64,000 nucleotides of DNA from Candidatus Marinacidobacterales bacterium. Its GTDB lineage: Bacteria > Acidobacteriota > Vicinamibacteria > Marinacidobacterales > DATDRI01. The notes beneath the pieces are model-generated. The model saw only the letters and a program-made list of their open reading frames with translations. It searched no databases and had not been told where the DNA came from. The stretch is taken from the NCBI GenBank assembly GCA_965219415.1, contig CBDCNP010000002.1:2464001-2528000 (forward strand). Direction: 5' to 3'. Positions 11,038-21,902 of the stretch are shown here, in pieces. Numbering within the stretch: position 1 is the first letter of the stretch; the number at the start of each line of letters is the position of its first letter. A program made the translations under genes and the position numbers.

Positions 11038-11289
11038 TCAAGTATCGAGGAGCTCGTCCTCTGCCTCAATGATCTCGCGTACTTTCGCCTCTGGTAGATA
11101 CAAAGCCCCCCAACTCTCGGTCACGAATCCCGCCGTGGCCTGCCGCTCACCTTTTCCACCCAGGTACTGCTCGAGCGCTTCCCCCACGATCCCGCTGATC
11201 TGCTTGCCCTGCCGGGCGGCCTCCAGCTTGACTCGCCGGAAGAGACCCTCGTCGAGAAGAGTGCTAACTTTTTTTCTCACGTCCGTCAT
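11038..11289 (-). CDS. Ribbon-helix-helix antitoxin (VapB-like)
   Basis: KKVSTLLDEGLFRRVKLEAARQGKQISGIVGEAL; directly upstream of the PIN gene. Confidence 0.7.
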   Translation of the reverse strand: MTDVRKKVSTLLDEGLFRRVKLEAARQGKQISGIVGEALEQYLGGKGERQATAGFVTESWGALYLPEAKVREIIEAEDELLDT

Positions 11290-11437
11290 GATATTAACTT
11301 GAAAAGAAGATATCGTCAAGATGAATGACTATCAGTAAGTTACAAGCTAGCGATCGCGTGGCTCAAGTGATACTTGAGAAGTTGTTTCACGTTGAACCCA
11401 AGTGGCCTCGGGAAACGTGATGGCGGATGGAAGGATT

Positions 11438-14155
11438 CTATATATTCAAATCGAACTGAGGGTCATCGCCTGCTAGTGGCTCGCCTTCGTTGTCGAGGTG
11501 AACGACCGGCCCGAAGTCGAGCTCGCGAATCCCGGACTCCACTTTCGCGGCGTCACCCACAACCACCAGTAGCATGTGCTCGGGCCGGATGTACCTCCGT
11601 GCGGCCTCATGAATTCTCTCGACAGTGACGTCTTCGATTCCGCTGACGTATCGGGCGAGGTCTCGGAGCGGCAGTCCATAACAGTCGAGCTCCGCGACCT
11701 CCCCACCCACTTGGCTGAGCGTCTCGAACCTCTGCGCGTCACCTCGTATGAGGGTCGCCTTGGCGTCTGCCAACTCGTCATCAGTAACCGGACGGCTCCA
11801 GGAAGCAATGTCCTCGAACTCTTTCACCATCTCGCGAAGCGCGGGCTTGGTAACTCCAGACTCCACCGCCGACACGCCTAGAAAGACGCTCTGGACGATA
11901 CCGTAGCGAAGCACACTAAAGGCACCATAACTAAAACCCTTGTCCTCGCGTAGGTTTAAATTGAGGCGGCTCGAAAACCCGGCGCCCAGAATCGTGTTCA
12001 TGACCTCGAGCGTATGGTAGTCGACGGTCGTCCTCTTGGGAGCGGTGGTGACGACTCGAAGCTCCGACTGCGCTGAGCCGGGACGATCGATCAAATAAAC
12101 TTTCCGGTGAGGCTCCGCGACTGGCTCGATGTGTGCCAACCCGGGGTTCGCCGATTCTCCCCAGTCGGAGAAAGCCCTCTCCGTCGCTTTGCGCGCTTCG
12201 TCTACCGAGATGTCGCCCACCATGACCAAAGTCGCGTTCTTCGGATTGTAGTAGTTGCGGTAAAAAGGCAGAAGATCTACTCGTCGGATCGATTTCACCG
12301 ACGCCTCGTCTCCTCCCACCGGCCAGCCGTAGGGGTGCTTCCCGCCGAACAAAACCTTTCGGGCGACGCGACCCGCGGTGGCACTTGGATTCGCTCTGTC
12401 TTGGAGGATCCCATCGAGCCTTCGCTTCCGAGCTCGCTCCAGCTCCTCGGAGGGAAAGCTCGGGTGTACGACGACATCGGACATGAGCTTCAAGGAAGGT
12501 ATTAGGTGTCGCCGCAAAGTGTCCAACGAGACGACGCTCCATTCCCGGCTCGCGCCCGCGGAGAGATGACTCCCCATCCGTTCGAGCTCGGCCTCGATCT
12601 CGAGTGAGTCTAGAGAGCTTGTTCCCTCTTCCAGCATTTCAGCGGTGAAAAACGCGATGCCGGCTTTGTCCGTCGCATCGGCGACCGCTCCCGTCTTGAT
12701 CACCAGCGCCGCCGCGACCTTGGGAATTTCTCGGCGCTCGACGACGCGAAGCGTCAAGCCGTTGGCAAGTTGCACCGAAGAGATCTCCGGTGGGTGGAAA
12801 GTCGGGCTCGCCCGGAGAATGGGTTTGGTGGACCGGTCAGGCTCTTCGGCCGTCGACTTCACCGATTCCTTCTGAATGAAGGACGTCGCCAAGCGGGGCT
12901 TCAGTAAGTAGCGTTCCGCGGCGACGCGAAGATCCTCGCCGCTCAGACTCTGATACCGTTCGTAATCTTGGCCGATGAAATCCGGTGAACCCAGATACGT
13001 GTTGTACATGGCAAGCCGGTCGGCCTTGCCGCCGAAACCGCCGATCCGCTCGAGCCCGGACAGAAAGTCGAACTCTTGCTTGGCCTTGACCCGTTCCAAC
13101 TCGTTATCGTTCGGCCCTTCGCTGGCGAAGCGGGTAATCTCTTCGTCGATCAAAGACTCCAAAGTGTCTAAGGAAACTCCGGGACGGGCGGTGGCTACGA
13201 TGCCCACCATGCCGGCGATCTCGAGGGAGTAGTTGAAAGCGGTCACGTCGGAGGCCTTTTGCTCGTCGTACACTAAACGCTTGTAAAGTCTAGAGTTCTT
13301 ACCCTCGGACAAAATAGTCGTGACCAAATCCAGGGCGGCGTCGGACTCCTCGAAGTACGAAACGGATGGCCACGCCAGGTAAAGCCTCTCCTGGGGCACC
13401 CGATCTTCGACCACCAGCCGGCGATTGGTATCCATGTGGATGACCCACCGATCCGGGCGACTCAGGAGCGGACCGGGGGCGAGCGGACCGAAATACGTCT
13501 CCACCAAGGCGCGCGCCTCGGGGATCTCGAAGTCGCCCGCGATCACCAGGGTGCAATTGTTCGGCACGTAAAACGTCCGGAAGAACTCCTTCACGTCGTC
13601 CACCGAGGCGCGTGAGAGATCTTCCATGCTTCCAATGATGTGCCAGGAGTAAGGGTGCCCCTTGGGGAACAAATTTTCGAAGAGCGCCTCCATCGCACGA
13701 CCATAGGGGACGTTGTCCATTCCTTGGCGTCGTTCGTTCTTGACGACGTCACGCTGGTTATCGAGGTTCTCTTGCGTCAGAGCATCGAGGAGGTAACCCA
13801 TCCGATCCGATTCTGCCCAGAGCACCAACTCCAGCGAGCCCGAAGGGACGGTCTCGAAGTAGTTAGTGCGATCGAAGTCGGTGGTACCGTTGACGCCTCC
13901 TTGAAAGATATTTGCGCCGGCTCGCTCCATTAGGGACACATATTCGCCTTTCACGTTCTTAGAGCCCTCGAACATCATGTGCTCGAAGAGGTGAGCGAAC
14001 CCCGTTTTGCCCGGCTTCTCGTTCTTGGACCCGACGTGATACCAAAGGTTGACGTGCACCACCGGCAGCTTGTGATCCTGGTGGAAGATCACATCGAGTC
14101 CGTTGGGAAGCGTGAGCTTCTCGAAAGAAATCTGTGGAACGGTTTCTTCTTTCAT
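11438..14155 (-). CDS. M16B (pitrilysin/PqqL-like) zinc protease, two-module
   Basis: GFAHLFEHMMF inverted zinc motif, NGTT, LREDKGFSYG; start may be 14155 or 14206. Confidence 0.9.
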   Translation of the reverse strand: MKEETVPQISFEKLTLPNGLDVIFHQDHKLPVVHVNLWYHVGSKNEKPGKTGFAHLFEHMMFEGSKNVKGEYVSLMERAGANIFQGGVNGTTDFDRTNYFETVPSGSLELVLWAESDRMGYLLDALTQENLDNQRDVVKNERRQGMDNVPYGRAMEALFENLFPKGHPYSWHIIGSMEDLSRASVDDVKEFFRTFYVPNNCTLVIAGDFEIPEARALVETYFGPLAPGPLLSRPDRWVIHMDTNRRLVVEDRVPQERLYLAWPSVSYFEESDAALDLVTTILSEGKNSRLYKRLVYDEQKASDVTAFNYSLEIAGMVGIVATARPGVSLDTLESLIDEEITRFASEGPNDNELERVKAKQEFDFLSGLERIGGFGGKADRLAMYNTYLGSPDFIGQDYERYQSLSGEDLRVAAERYLLKPRLATSFIQKESVKSTAEEPDRSTKPILRASPTFHPPEISSVQLANGLTLRVVERREIPKVAAALVIKTGAVADATDKAGIAFFTAEMLEEGTSSLDSLEIEAELERMGSHLSAGASREWSVVSLDTLRRHLIPSLKLMSDVVVHPSFPSEELERARKRRLDGILQDRANPSATAGRVARKVLFGGKHPYGWPVGGDEASVKSIRRVDLLPFYRNYYNPKNATLVMVGDISVDEARKATERAFSDWGESANPGLAHIEPVAEPHRKVYLIDRPGSAQSELRVVTTAPKRTTVDYHTLEVMNTILGAGFSSRLNLNLREDKGFSYGAFSVLRYGIVQSVFLGVSAVESGVTKPALREMVKEFEDIASWSRPVTDDELADAKATLIRGDAQRFETLSQVGGEVAELDCYGLPLRDLARYVSGIEDVTVERIHEAARRYIRPEHMLLVVVGDAAKVESGIRELDFGPVVHLDNEGEPLAGDDPQFDLNI

Positions 14156-14192
14156 CTTCCAGGTGTCTCCGGACAAAGGGAAATAAGAAGCA

Positions 14193-15200
14193 TCAACGGG
14201 CATCAATACCCGGGGAGCCAGAACCGGGTTCCGGCGGCAGTCGGCCCAAGCGTTGAAGCCCTTCTAACATTTTCTCCACCGATCCCTCCCTCAGGCCAAA
14301 CTTCTTCTCGAAGAAGCGAAGGTAGAAGCGGTGTTTGACCTTGCCCCAGTTGTAAAGAGCTAGCGCGCCAGCGAGTGAGCCGGTTACGAAGACCGGGAGA
14401 CAGATCCACCAGCCGACCCCATTACGGAGCTTCTTCCAAGCGCCCCATTGCGTGTGTATTTCCTGCCGGAAGGCGAGGTCACGGAAGTATCCGCAATAGA
14501 CTCCCATGGCATCGAGCCAGATGGACGTAAAACGACCATTCACTCCACCGATCTGTGTATCACCCTGCTTGAGCGCACGAAGAAAATCTTCCCGCGTTGA
14601 ACCGGAGCACGCGGTATAACAACTACCCAGTCGGGTCAGCGTATGCGCATCGCTTCCACCCACCAGAGCCTTTCCGGGTAGGCGGCCGATCACGACCGAG
14701 GTGAGCAAGTTCTGTCGGTGCCCCTGAGACCCGTTGATACCCTCGAAGAGATCGAACGAAGCGATCATTTTGTCCATGAACCGCTCGGCATCGCGGAATC
14801 TCGGGAAGCCATGAAAGAGATGATTCAAGACGCAGGGTAGCCCGCTTATGCGCAGGTATCCGATGAGCTCGTCGAAATCGACCTTCAGCGCTTGGATCTC
14901 CTTATGCTGGGCCTCGTTCAAACCATAGACCCCAATGTGGATGGTGTTGCCGAACTCGGGAAGATGGACCGAGACTTCTTCACCGGTCACAAAATCAGGC
15001 GCGTCGGGATGGGCATCGAGAAAGGCTAAGCAACCATCGAGCGAGTCGTGGTCGGTGATGGTGACCAGGTCCATACCCCGACTCTTGGCGGTCCGATAGA
15101 CCCGCTCGGGAGTGTTATAGGAGTCCATCGGCTCGAAGGCCTTCATATGATTGGTTTTGCCGCTGAAGTAGGTGTGGCAGTGGAGGTCGATTTTCAACAT
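14193..15200 (-). CDS. PHP-domain phosphoesterase
   Basis: IDLHCHT, TITDHD, GEEV, NH and GGSDAH motifs; the ORF is open up to 15299. Confidence 0.85.
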   Translation of the reverse strand: MLKIDLHCHTYFSGKTNHMKAFEPMDSYNTPERVYRTAKSRGMDLVTITDHDSLDGCLAFLDAHPDAPDFVTGEEVSVHLPEFGNTIHIGVYGLNEAQHKEIQALKVDFDELIGYLRISGLPCVLNHLFHGFPRFRDAERFMDKMIASFDLFEGINGSQGHRQNLLTSVVIGRLPGKALVGGSDAHTLTRLGSCYTACSGSTREDFLRALKQGDTQIGGVNGRFTSIWLDAMGVYCGYFRDLAFRQEIHTQWGAWKKLRNGVGWWICLPVFVTGSLAGALALYNWGKVKHRFYLRFFEKKFGLREGSVEKMLEGLQRLGRLPPEPGSGSPGIDAR

Positions 15201-15350
15201 CTCGGCACTCGATTTGAACAGGCGATCCTTGGACCGCCGGGGGCCTCGCCGTCCCCGCCACCACAGCGCGCTATTGCCCTGGGCCTCGGAGATCGTCATT
15301 TTAGTTAGGCCCGGGGCGCCTTTTCAACCGTAGCTATATAATGAGAACCC

Positions 15351-15929
15351 ATGAAGCTATTGGCTTTCGGGGCCTTGTTGGTATTAATCCAAGCGCAAGG
15401 CCCTTTTTTCACGACGCCCCTCTCCCTCGAGGAGATGGCGACCAAGCAGGCTTCGGTGGAGACGACGATGGGCACGTTTGTCCTAGAGTTTCTGCCCGAA
15501 GTAGCGCCCAACCATGTGGGCTATTTCTTGAAATTGGCGTCGGAAGGGGCGTATGACGGTACCTCTTTTCATCGGGTGATCAAGTACGGCATCATTCAAG
15601 GAGGGGACCCTCTCTCCAAAGACCCCGCGGCCCGGGATCGCTACGGGACGGGAGGCCTGGGAGTCCTGATGGCCGAGTTCAGCGAGGAGCAGCACACGCG
15701 AGGTGCGGTCTCGGCGGTTCGGATCCCCGGCAAACCGGACAGTGCGGGCTCGCAATTTTTCATCTGCGTCACCGATCAGCTCTTACTAGACGGCCAGTTT
15801 TCGGTCTTCGGCCGCGTGGTGGAAGGCATCGACGTGGTGCAGAAGATTTCTGAAGTGCCCGCCGATGAGAAGACGATCGCCACCGAGCGAGTCGAGATCG
15901 TATCGGTCACGGTTCGCGACAAAGAGTGA
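15351..15929 (+). CDS. Cyclophilin-type peptidyl-prolyl isomerase (exported)
   Basis: YDGTSFHRVI, IQGGDP, SAGSQFFI, VFGRVVEG. Confidence 0.92.
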   Translation: MKLLAFGALLVLIQAQGPFFTTPLSLEEMATKQASVETTMGTFVLEFLPEVAPNHVGYFLKLASEGAYDGTSFHRVIKYGIIQGGDPLSKDPAARDRYGTGGLGVLMAEFSEEQHTRGAVSAVRIPGKPDSAGSQFFICVTDQLLLDGQFSVFGRVVEGIDVVQKISEVPADEKTIATERVEIVSVTVRDKE

Positions 15930-15936
15930 AAGCGTC

Positions 15937-16917
15937 ATGGCGGATCTAGATGTCCTCATCGTAGGAGGTGGACCGGCTGGGTTATCCGCCGCCATCGAGT
16001 GTAAGGAGCGTGACCTTTCGCACGTGGTGATCGAGAAAGGCTCCATCGTCGAGTCCCTTAGGCGCTTTCCCATGAACATGATCTACTTCACCACTCCGGA
16101 TCTGCTCGAGATCGGAGATCTGCCGTTGGTGACTTCACGAGAGAAGCCAACCCGGCTCGAAGCGCTCAAGTATTACCGGAGGGCGGCGGAGCGTTACGAC
16201 TTGCCCTTGAACCTCTATGAGCGGGTCGAGGAGGTCGGCCGGGAGAATGGGCACTTTCATGTGCGCACGACGCCGCGCGTAGGCGAGGCTCGCAGCTACT
16301 CCGCCCGCAGGGTCATCGTTGCCACAGGGTACTACGACAATCCGAACTTCCTAGGCATCCCGGGAGAGGACTTGCCGAAAGTCTCACACTATTACGAAGA
16401 AGCGCACCCTTACTACCAAATGGAAGTTGCGGTCATCGGGGGAGCCAATTCGGCCGCGGAGGCGGCGCTCGACCTCTACCGCTCGGGCGTCAAGGTGACT
16501 CTTATCCATCGGGAGGCTGAGCTCTCGACCCACATCAAGTACTGGGTGCGTCCCGATATCGGAAACCGCATCAAGCGTGGGGAGATCCCCGCCTTGTTCG
16601 AGACGGACGTGGAAGAAATCCTACCCGACAAACTCCGTTTGAAAGGAAAGGACGGTCGGCGCTCGGAGATCCCCAATGACTTCGTGCTGGCCCTCATTGG
16701 GTACCATCCGGATTATCCGTTTCTCGAGTCGATGGGTATCGAGATCGAATCGGAGACGGGCCGACCGGTGCATGATCCGGACACCTTCGAGACCAATGTG
16801 CCCGGTCTTTATGTAGCGGGAGGGATGGTCTCGGGGCGCCAGACCAACAAGATCTTCATCGAGAACGGCCGCTTTCATGGCGGCAAGATCGTTGCCCATC
16901 TGGCCCCACGTCCCTGA
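15937..16917 (+). CDS. ypdA: YpdA family putative bacillithiol disulfide reductase
   Basis: GGGPAG, ATGYYDNP, IKYWVRPD, IFIENGRFHG. Confidence 0.9.
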   Translation: MADLDVLIVGGGPAGLSAAIECKERDLSHVVIEKGSIVESLRRFPMNMIYFTTPDLLEIGDLPLVTSREKPTRLEALKYYRRAAERYDLPLNLYERVEEVGRENGHFHVRTTPRVGEARSYSARRVIVATGYYDNPNFLGIPGEDLPKVSHYYEEAHPYYQMEVAVIGGANSAAEAALDLYRSGVKVTLIHREAELSTHIKYWVRPDIGNRIKRGEIPALFETDVEEILPDKLRLKGKDGRRSEIPNDFVLALIGYHPDYPFLESMGIEIESETGRPVHDPDTFETNVPGLYVAGGMVSGRQTNKIFIENGRFHGGKIVAHLAPRP

Positions 16918-16936
16918 AGTCTCTAAGGAGGTTTAC

Positions 16937-17335
16937 GTGTTAGGAAGTCATGGTCCACGCCGGATCCGCATCAGCTCGGGCAACCTGAGCTTCTCCGCTA
17001 CCCTGACCGACAATCGAGCCGCCCGCGCGCTCTGGAAGCGGCTACCGGTCGAGGCCAAGGCGAGCACCTGGGGCCACGAGATCTATTTCCCGGTGCCCAT
17101 CGAGCTCGCTGCTACCAAAGACGACAAGGATGTCGTCGCCATGGGTGACATCGCCTACTGGCCTCCGGGGAGCGCGGTCTGCATTTTCTTCGGCCGGACC
17201 CCCGCTAGTCGTGGGGAAGAGATTCGAGCCGCGAGCCCGGTAACGCTTCTCGGCAAGGTGGAAGGCGATCCCACGCTTTTCAATGCGGTGGAGGCCGGAC
17301 AGCTGGTGCGGGTCGAGCGGGAAAAGCCCACATGA
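16937..17335 (+). CDS. Cyclophilin-like fold protein (DUF369/TM1367-like)
   Basis: RBS AAGGAGG before GTG; WGHEIYF...GDIAYWPPGSAVCIFFGRTP. Confidence 0.85.
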   Translation: MLGSHGPRRIRISSGNLSFSATLTDNRAARALWKRLPVEAKASTWGHEIYFPVPIELAATKDDKDVVAMGDIAYWPPGSAVCIFFGRTPASRGEEIRAASPVTLLGKVEGDPTLFNAVEAGQLVRVEREKPT

Positions 17336-17961
17336 TCCCGGTGAACATCTCTGAGTCACTCATCGAGCTAGGGCAAGATTTCTACTCACGCGGCTGGGCG
17401 CTCGGAACGAGCGGGAACTTGAGTGCGGTAGTCGATCGCGATCCTCTTCGGCTAGCTCTCACCGTCAGCGGTGTGGATAAGGGAAAGCTGACTCCCGACC
17501 AACTCCTGCTCATCGACGAAGGCCAGAACGTGATTCATGGAACGGGCCGTCCTTCCGCCGAAGCACGGCTTCACCTCGCCGTCGCCCGGCTCAAAGGCGC
17601 GGGCGCAGTCTTGCACACCCATTCGGTCTGGAGCAGCATCTTGTCGGAGATGGACGGCGACCAGAGTGGGCTCACCATCGAGGGCTACGAAATGCTCAAG
17701 GGCCTGGAAGGCATCGAGTCCCACAACCACCGCGAGTGGCTGCCTATCCTCGAAAATTCACAGGATTATGAAGCCCTCGCCCGCAACGTGGAAAGAGTAT
17801 TGACGGACCATCCCGATTCCCACGGGTTCTTGCTGCGACGTCACGGGCTCTACACGTGGGGGCGAGATCTAACGGAGGCCAAACGCCACGTGGAGATCCT
17901 CGAGTTCCTCATGGAAGTGATAGGCCGCATGGCGTGCGCGCCGGAGAGAGGAGGGGGTTGA
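17332..17961 (+). CDS. mtnB: Methylthioribulose-1-phosphate dehydratase
   Basis: [29 protein letters not shown]; in an operon with mtnD and mtnC. Confidence 0.92.
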   Translation: MIPVNISESLIELGQDFYSRGWALGTSGNLSAVVDRDPLRLALTVSGVDKGKLTPDQLLLIDEGQNVIHGTGRPSAEARLHLAVARLKGAGAVLHTHSVWSSILSEMDGDQSGLTIEGYEMLKGLEGIESHNHREWLPILENSQDYEALARNVERVLTDHPDSHGFLLRRHGLYTWGRDLTEAKRHVEILEFLMEVIGRMACAPERGGG

Positions 17962-17965
17962 GACA

Positions 17966-18526
17966 ATGGCCACAGTTAGGATCCCCGACGAGAACAAGAC
18001 GTTGGTCGACCCCGAGGAGATCAAGAGCACCCTCGCCACAATCGGCATCACCTACCAGCGCTGGGAACCGAACCACCCCGTCACGGATGGCGCCCCGGCC
18101 GAGGAAATCTTGGACGCCTACAAAGAAGAGATCGAAAGGCTCAAGCGGGAGGGCGGCTGCGTAACCGCGGACGTCATCGACGTCGACTCGGAAACGCCTG
18201 GACTCGACGAGATGCTCGCCAAATTCAACCGCGAACACTGGCACGACGAAGATGAAGTACGCTTCGTCATTCAGGGCCACGGGCTTTTTCACATACGACC
18301 CAAGGGCGGAAAGGTCACCGCGATCGAGGTAGAGGCCGGAGACCTCCTCCGCGTACCCCGTGGCACGTGGCATTGGTTCGATCTGTGCGGAGATCGCGCG
18401 ATCCGTTGCATCCGATTGTTTCAGGATCCTTCGGGCTGGACACCGAGCTACACCGAGAGCGGAGTCGACAAGCATTTCGAGCCGGTCTGTCTGGGACCGT
18501 CCTTCAAGCCCGCCCGCTCCCCGTAG
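17966..18526 (+). CDS. mtnD: Acireductone dioxygenase
   Basis: [11 protein letters not shown]...[10 protein letters not shown]...IRLF cupin motifs. Confidence 0.92.
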   Translation: MATVRIPDENKTLVDPEEIKSTLATIGITYQRWEPNHPVTDGAPAEEILDAYKEEIERLKREGGCVTADVIDVDSETPGLDEMLAKFNREHWHDEDEVRFVIQGHGLFHIRPKGGKVTAIEVEAGDLLRVPRGTWHWFDLCGDRAIRCIRLFQDPSGWTPSYTESGVDKHFEPVCLGPSFKPARSP

Positions 18527-18533
18527 GTCCGGC

Positions 18534-19262
18534 ATGAGCGGAGCCCTTTCGCACTCGTGTGTCCGCGCGATCCTGCTGGATATCGAAGGCACCACGACCC
18601 CGGTAGACTTCGTCTACCAGGTGCTCTTCCCCTACGCTCAGGCCCAGGTGAATAACTTCCTCGAGCATCACGCCGAGGCTGCTTCTCCGGACATCGAGCT
18701 GCTGCGCCGCGAGCACGAGCAGGACGTGAACCGGGGCGCTGGTCCTCCGGCTTGGCCAGACCCGATCGACCCCGTCGCCTACGTGCACTGGCTCATGGAG
18801 CGAGATCGGAAATCGACCGGATTGAAATCGCTTCAGGGCAAGATTTGGGAGGACGGTTATCGAAGCGGCGAGCTTCGGGGAGAGGTCTATCCCGACGTCC
18901 TACCGGCGATCGAGCGTTGGCAGGAACAGGGGAAGAGAATATGCATCTATTCGTCGGGGAGTGTGCTCGCCCAGAAACTCCTCTTCTCGCACTCGACGGC
19001 AGGCGATCTAACACTCTTCATCGATGCGTACTTCGACACCACGACTGGGCCCAAGAAACAAACCGATAGCTATCGGAAGATCGCCGAAGCGCTATCGCTG
19101 GCCCCACCCGCCATCGTGTTCTTCTCCGACGTCGTCGCCGAGCTCGATGCCGCCCGCGAGGCGGGGATGAACACGGGTCTGTGCGTCCGTGAAGGAGCCT
19201 CACGACCCGAGAGTCCGGGACATGCTGTCCTCCACAACTTCGAGCAAGTCACCTTTTCCTAG
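18534..19262 (+). CDS. mtnC: Enolase-phosphatase E1 (acireductone synthase)
   Basis: LLDIEGTT, KSLQGKIW, YSSGSVLAQKLLF, GPKK, FFSD. Confidence 0.92.
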   Translation: MSGALSHSCVRAILLDIEGTTTPVDFVYQVLFPYAQAQVNNFLEHHAEAASPDIELLRREHEQDVNRGAGPPAWPDPIDPVAYVHWLMERDRKSTGLKSLQGKIWEDGYRSGELRGEVYPDVLPAIERWQEQGKRICIYSSGSVLAQKLLFSHSTAGDLTLFIDAYFDTTTGPKKQTDSYRKIAEALSLAPPAIVFFSDVVAELDAAREAGMNTGLCVREGASRPESPGHAVLHNFEQVTFS

Positions 19263-19337
19263 TATGATTCCGGGGGGCCCGGCTTTTCGATCAGCTACCC
19301 CGAAAAGCACAGCAAACTGCAGCCGCCGAGCGCCGCG

Positions 19338-20684
19338 GTGCCATTCCAGCTGGAGTACCGGAAGAACAGCCTTCTGCGGCTCGAGACGGAGCGGCTAACG
19401 CAACCCATCGATTTGAGTGACGAGACCTTCGCCGAGATTTTCCGAGAGATCCAGCTCGAGCGGCTGCGCGAGCGGGTGGGCACACCGCTCGAAGGCGAGC
19501 AGATCAGCCGGTTCTCGTGGGGTGTGGGGATCGAGTTCCACTACTACTTGCCGGCGCGAAGCGGCAAGAAGAACCGCCGCGATCTGGTGACCGAAGTGGT
19601 GACGACGTTCGACGATAAGCTGTACCGCTTCACGTATTGGATTCCTGAGCGGGATCTGAAACGGGTGGCCGCACCTTTCGCACAGATCGTCGAGAGCTTC
19701 AACCCCGAGCGAGTCATCACCGAGGCGGCAGCGGACGAGACCACTGCCACCGGCGGCTACTCGGCCTCACACTCCGAAGCAAACGCGGAGGCCTATCGCC
19801 GCGAGATCCAGCAGCAAGCGGAGAACAAGAGAGAGCGCGCCGAGCTGTACGCGGAACTCGCAGAGACGCTGGGGTGGAAGGCGTTTCTAACCAAATCGCC
19901 TTCACCGGCCGAGCTCGAGGAGATGCAGCTCTCTGCCGAGGCGGCGCTCCGCGAAACACCTAACGATGTCGACGCGCATCAGGCGCGGGCGTGGGCCGCT
20001 TATCACGAGAACCGCATGGTGGAGATGGAGGAGGAGATCAAGAAGGCGATCGTGATCGAGCCCGATAACGCCGAGAACCATCTTCTCTATGCGCTCTGGT
20101 ACGGATTCAACCCCGAGCGATCGGAAGCGATGGCCCGGCAGGCGCTCGACATCGATCCCGGCTATGCCGCGGCTTATTACGTCAAAGCCGTCGCTGATCG
20201 TCGCAGTGGGGATCTCGTGGAAGCGCGGCTCGCACTCGAAGAAGCCGTCAAGCTCGACCCGGGATTCACCGAGGCACGTCTGCAGCTCGCCGAAGTGCTT
20301 CGGGAAAGTGGAGACGCGCCGGCAGCACTCGACGCCTACCGCGCGGCCGCGGCGGCAGCGCCCAACGACCCCAACGTCCGTTTCAAATTCGCGCTCGCGC
20401 TGCGCCGATCGGGACGCATCGACGAGGCCATCACCGAGTACCAGGCGCTCTTGCGCCTCGAACCCTCTCTTGCCGAGGTGCACTACAACCTCGCCGTCCT
20501 GTATCTACAGGAACGACAGGCCGCCGATCTCGCGCGCCAGCACTTCCGCCGCTTCGTCGAGCTCGACCCGGAGAGCGAGCGGGCGCCCCGCGTTCGGGAG
20601 TGGCTCGCCAACTGGGCCTCACTTGATCAACAAGATTCGCTGGTTGACCGGGTAGAACCTTCGATGAATATCTCACTGAAGTAA
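19338..20684 (+). CDS. Tetratricopeptide-repeat protein (N-terminus possibly lost)
   Basis: Multiple TPR units (..DP..A.A.Y.LA..); no clear RBS or start. Confidence 0.75.
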   Translation: MPFQLEYRKNSLLRLETERLTQPIDLSDETFAEIFREIQLERLRERVGTPLEGEQISRFSWGVGIEFHYYLPARSGKKNRRDLVTEVVTTFDDKLYRFTYWIPERDLKRVAAPFAQIVESFNPERVITEAAADETTATGGYSASHSEANAEAYRREIQQQAENKRERAELYAELAETLGWKAFLTKSPSPAELEEMQLSAEAALRETPNDVDAHQARAWAAYHENRMVEMEEEIKKAIVIEPDNAENHLLYALWYGFNPERSEAMARQALDIDPGYAAAYYVKAVADRRSGDLVEARLALEEAVKLDPGFTEARLQLAEVLRESGDAPAALDAYRAAAAAAPNDPNVRFKFALALRRSGRIDEAITEYQALLRLEPSLAEVHYNLAVLYLQERQAADLARQHFRRFVELDPESERAPRVREWLANWASLDQQDSLVDRVEPSMNISLK

Positions 20685-20815
20685 AGCGACGACGGGGATA
20701 CGAACAGTTCGGCTTCGCCAACATCGAGGACTATGCCCTCGAGCTTCTCGGTTTTTCCCCTAGCAAGACTCGACAACTCCTCGCCCTAGGGCGGAAGCTT
20801 CTCGCTCTACCCAAG

Positions 20816-21595
20816 GTGACCGAAGCCTTGGCACGGGGAGACATTGGCTGGACCAAGGCGTCCAAGGTCGCCATGGTCGCTACACAGAAGGACGAGGGGG
20901 AGTGGGTCGAAAAGGCCGTCAACCTCTCCACTCGTCAGTTGGAGCGGCAGATCCGTGATCAACTCCAACCCGGCGGAAGCAACGTGAACTGGTTTCTCAC
21001 GGCAGACCAAACCGCCGTGGTCGCTCGAGCGATGGAGATCTGCCGAAGGATGTCAGGAGAAGAGATTGATCCCGGTAGATGTCTGGACCTCATTTGTGGA
21101 GAGTTCCTCGCGACGTACGAATACATGGCGGAACAAGACGTCCAAATTCAGGAAGCAGATTCCGGATCGGAAGCGGAGGCTGCGTGTCCCTCAGGCGACG
21201 AGCTACCGCCGCCTACTCCCGTTCCCTTTACGAAAACGCAACTCGAAGTTCTGGAACGAGGCCTGTACCGATGTCAATATCCCGGTTGCTCCGTGATGTG
21301 CGGACTTCACCCGCATCACATCGTGTTCCGCAGCCACACCGGAAAGAAGAGTCGGGCGCAGAGCGACTCGCCGTCCAATGTGCTGACGCTTTGTTTCGTT
21401 CATCACCGCATGTTGCACGCGGGGAACATCGGTATTAGCGGAAAAGCACCGGCGGATCTTCAGTGGCGGCGACCGGAGCTGATGGAGTCGACCGTCGAAC
21501 GCTTCAACGAACTAGCCGCCGAAGCTTTCGAGCCGGACGACTTCGAGCTGCCGGGACAAGAGCAGGGCGAGCCGGCGCCCGCCGCTCCTGCCTAG
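20816..21595 (+). CDS. HNH endonuclease of the DUF222/13E12-like type, 5'-truncated
   Basis: RCQYPGC...LHPHHIVFRS...NVLTLCFVHHRMLH; the frame is open from ~20684 without a start codon. Confidence 0.75.
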   Translation: MTEALARGDIGWTKASKVAMVATQKDEGEWVEKAVNLSTRQLERQIRDQLQPGGSNVNWFLTADQTAVVARAMEICRRMSGEEIDPGRCLDLICGEFLATYEYMAEQDVQIQEADSGSEAEAACPSGDELPPPTPVPFTKTQLEVLERGLYRCQYPGCSVMCGLHPHHIVFRSHTGKKSRAQSDSPSNVLTLCFVHHRMLHAGNIGISGKAPADLQWRRPELMESTVERFNELAAEAFEPDDFELPGQEQGEPAPAAPA

Positions 21596-21902
21596 TAGCA
21601 GGAAAAATCCTAGTCGAAGCTGTGAGGGTAGGGCATTCGTATGTCTAGAAGACTGGCCCGGCGACAAAATTCGCGTCAAGAGCGCCTAGAGATGATTCGA
21701 AGTTTTCGGAGGGGAGTGGAAAAGCACCGACCAGCACTCGTCGGAGCGTCAGACGCATCTTTGTTACTTTTCTTCTCAATGTCAGGCGCCTGACAAAAAT
21801 GGCCGCAAATCGTTTCCTTTCGAAACACCCGCGCGCCGTTTCTCGGAACCGCCTTTGACTTTTCTCTCCGCAAAAGAATACTTTCTCTCCTACGGGTTGA
21901 CC

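Noticed and set aside
17332-19262. mtnB-mtnD-mtnC without mtnA/mtnK as an unusual pathway
   Set aside because: The cluster is common, and the other salvage genes may lie outside the window.
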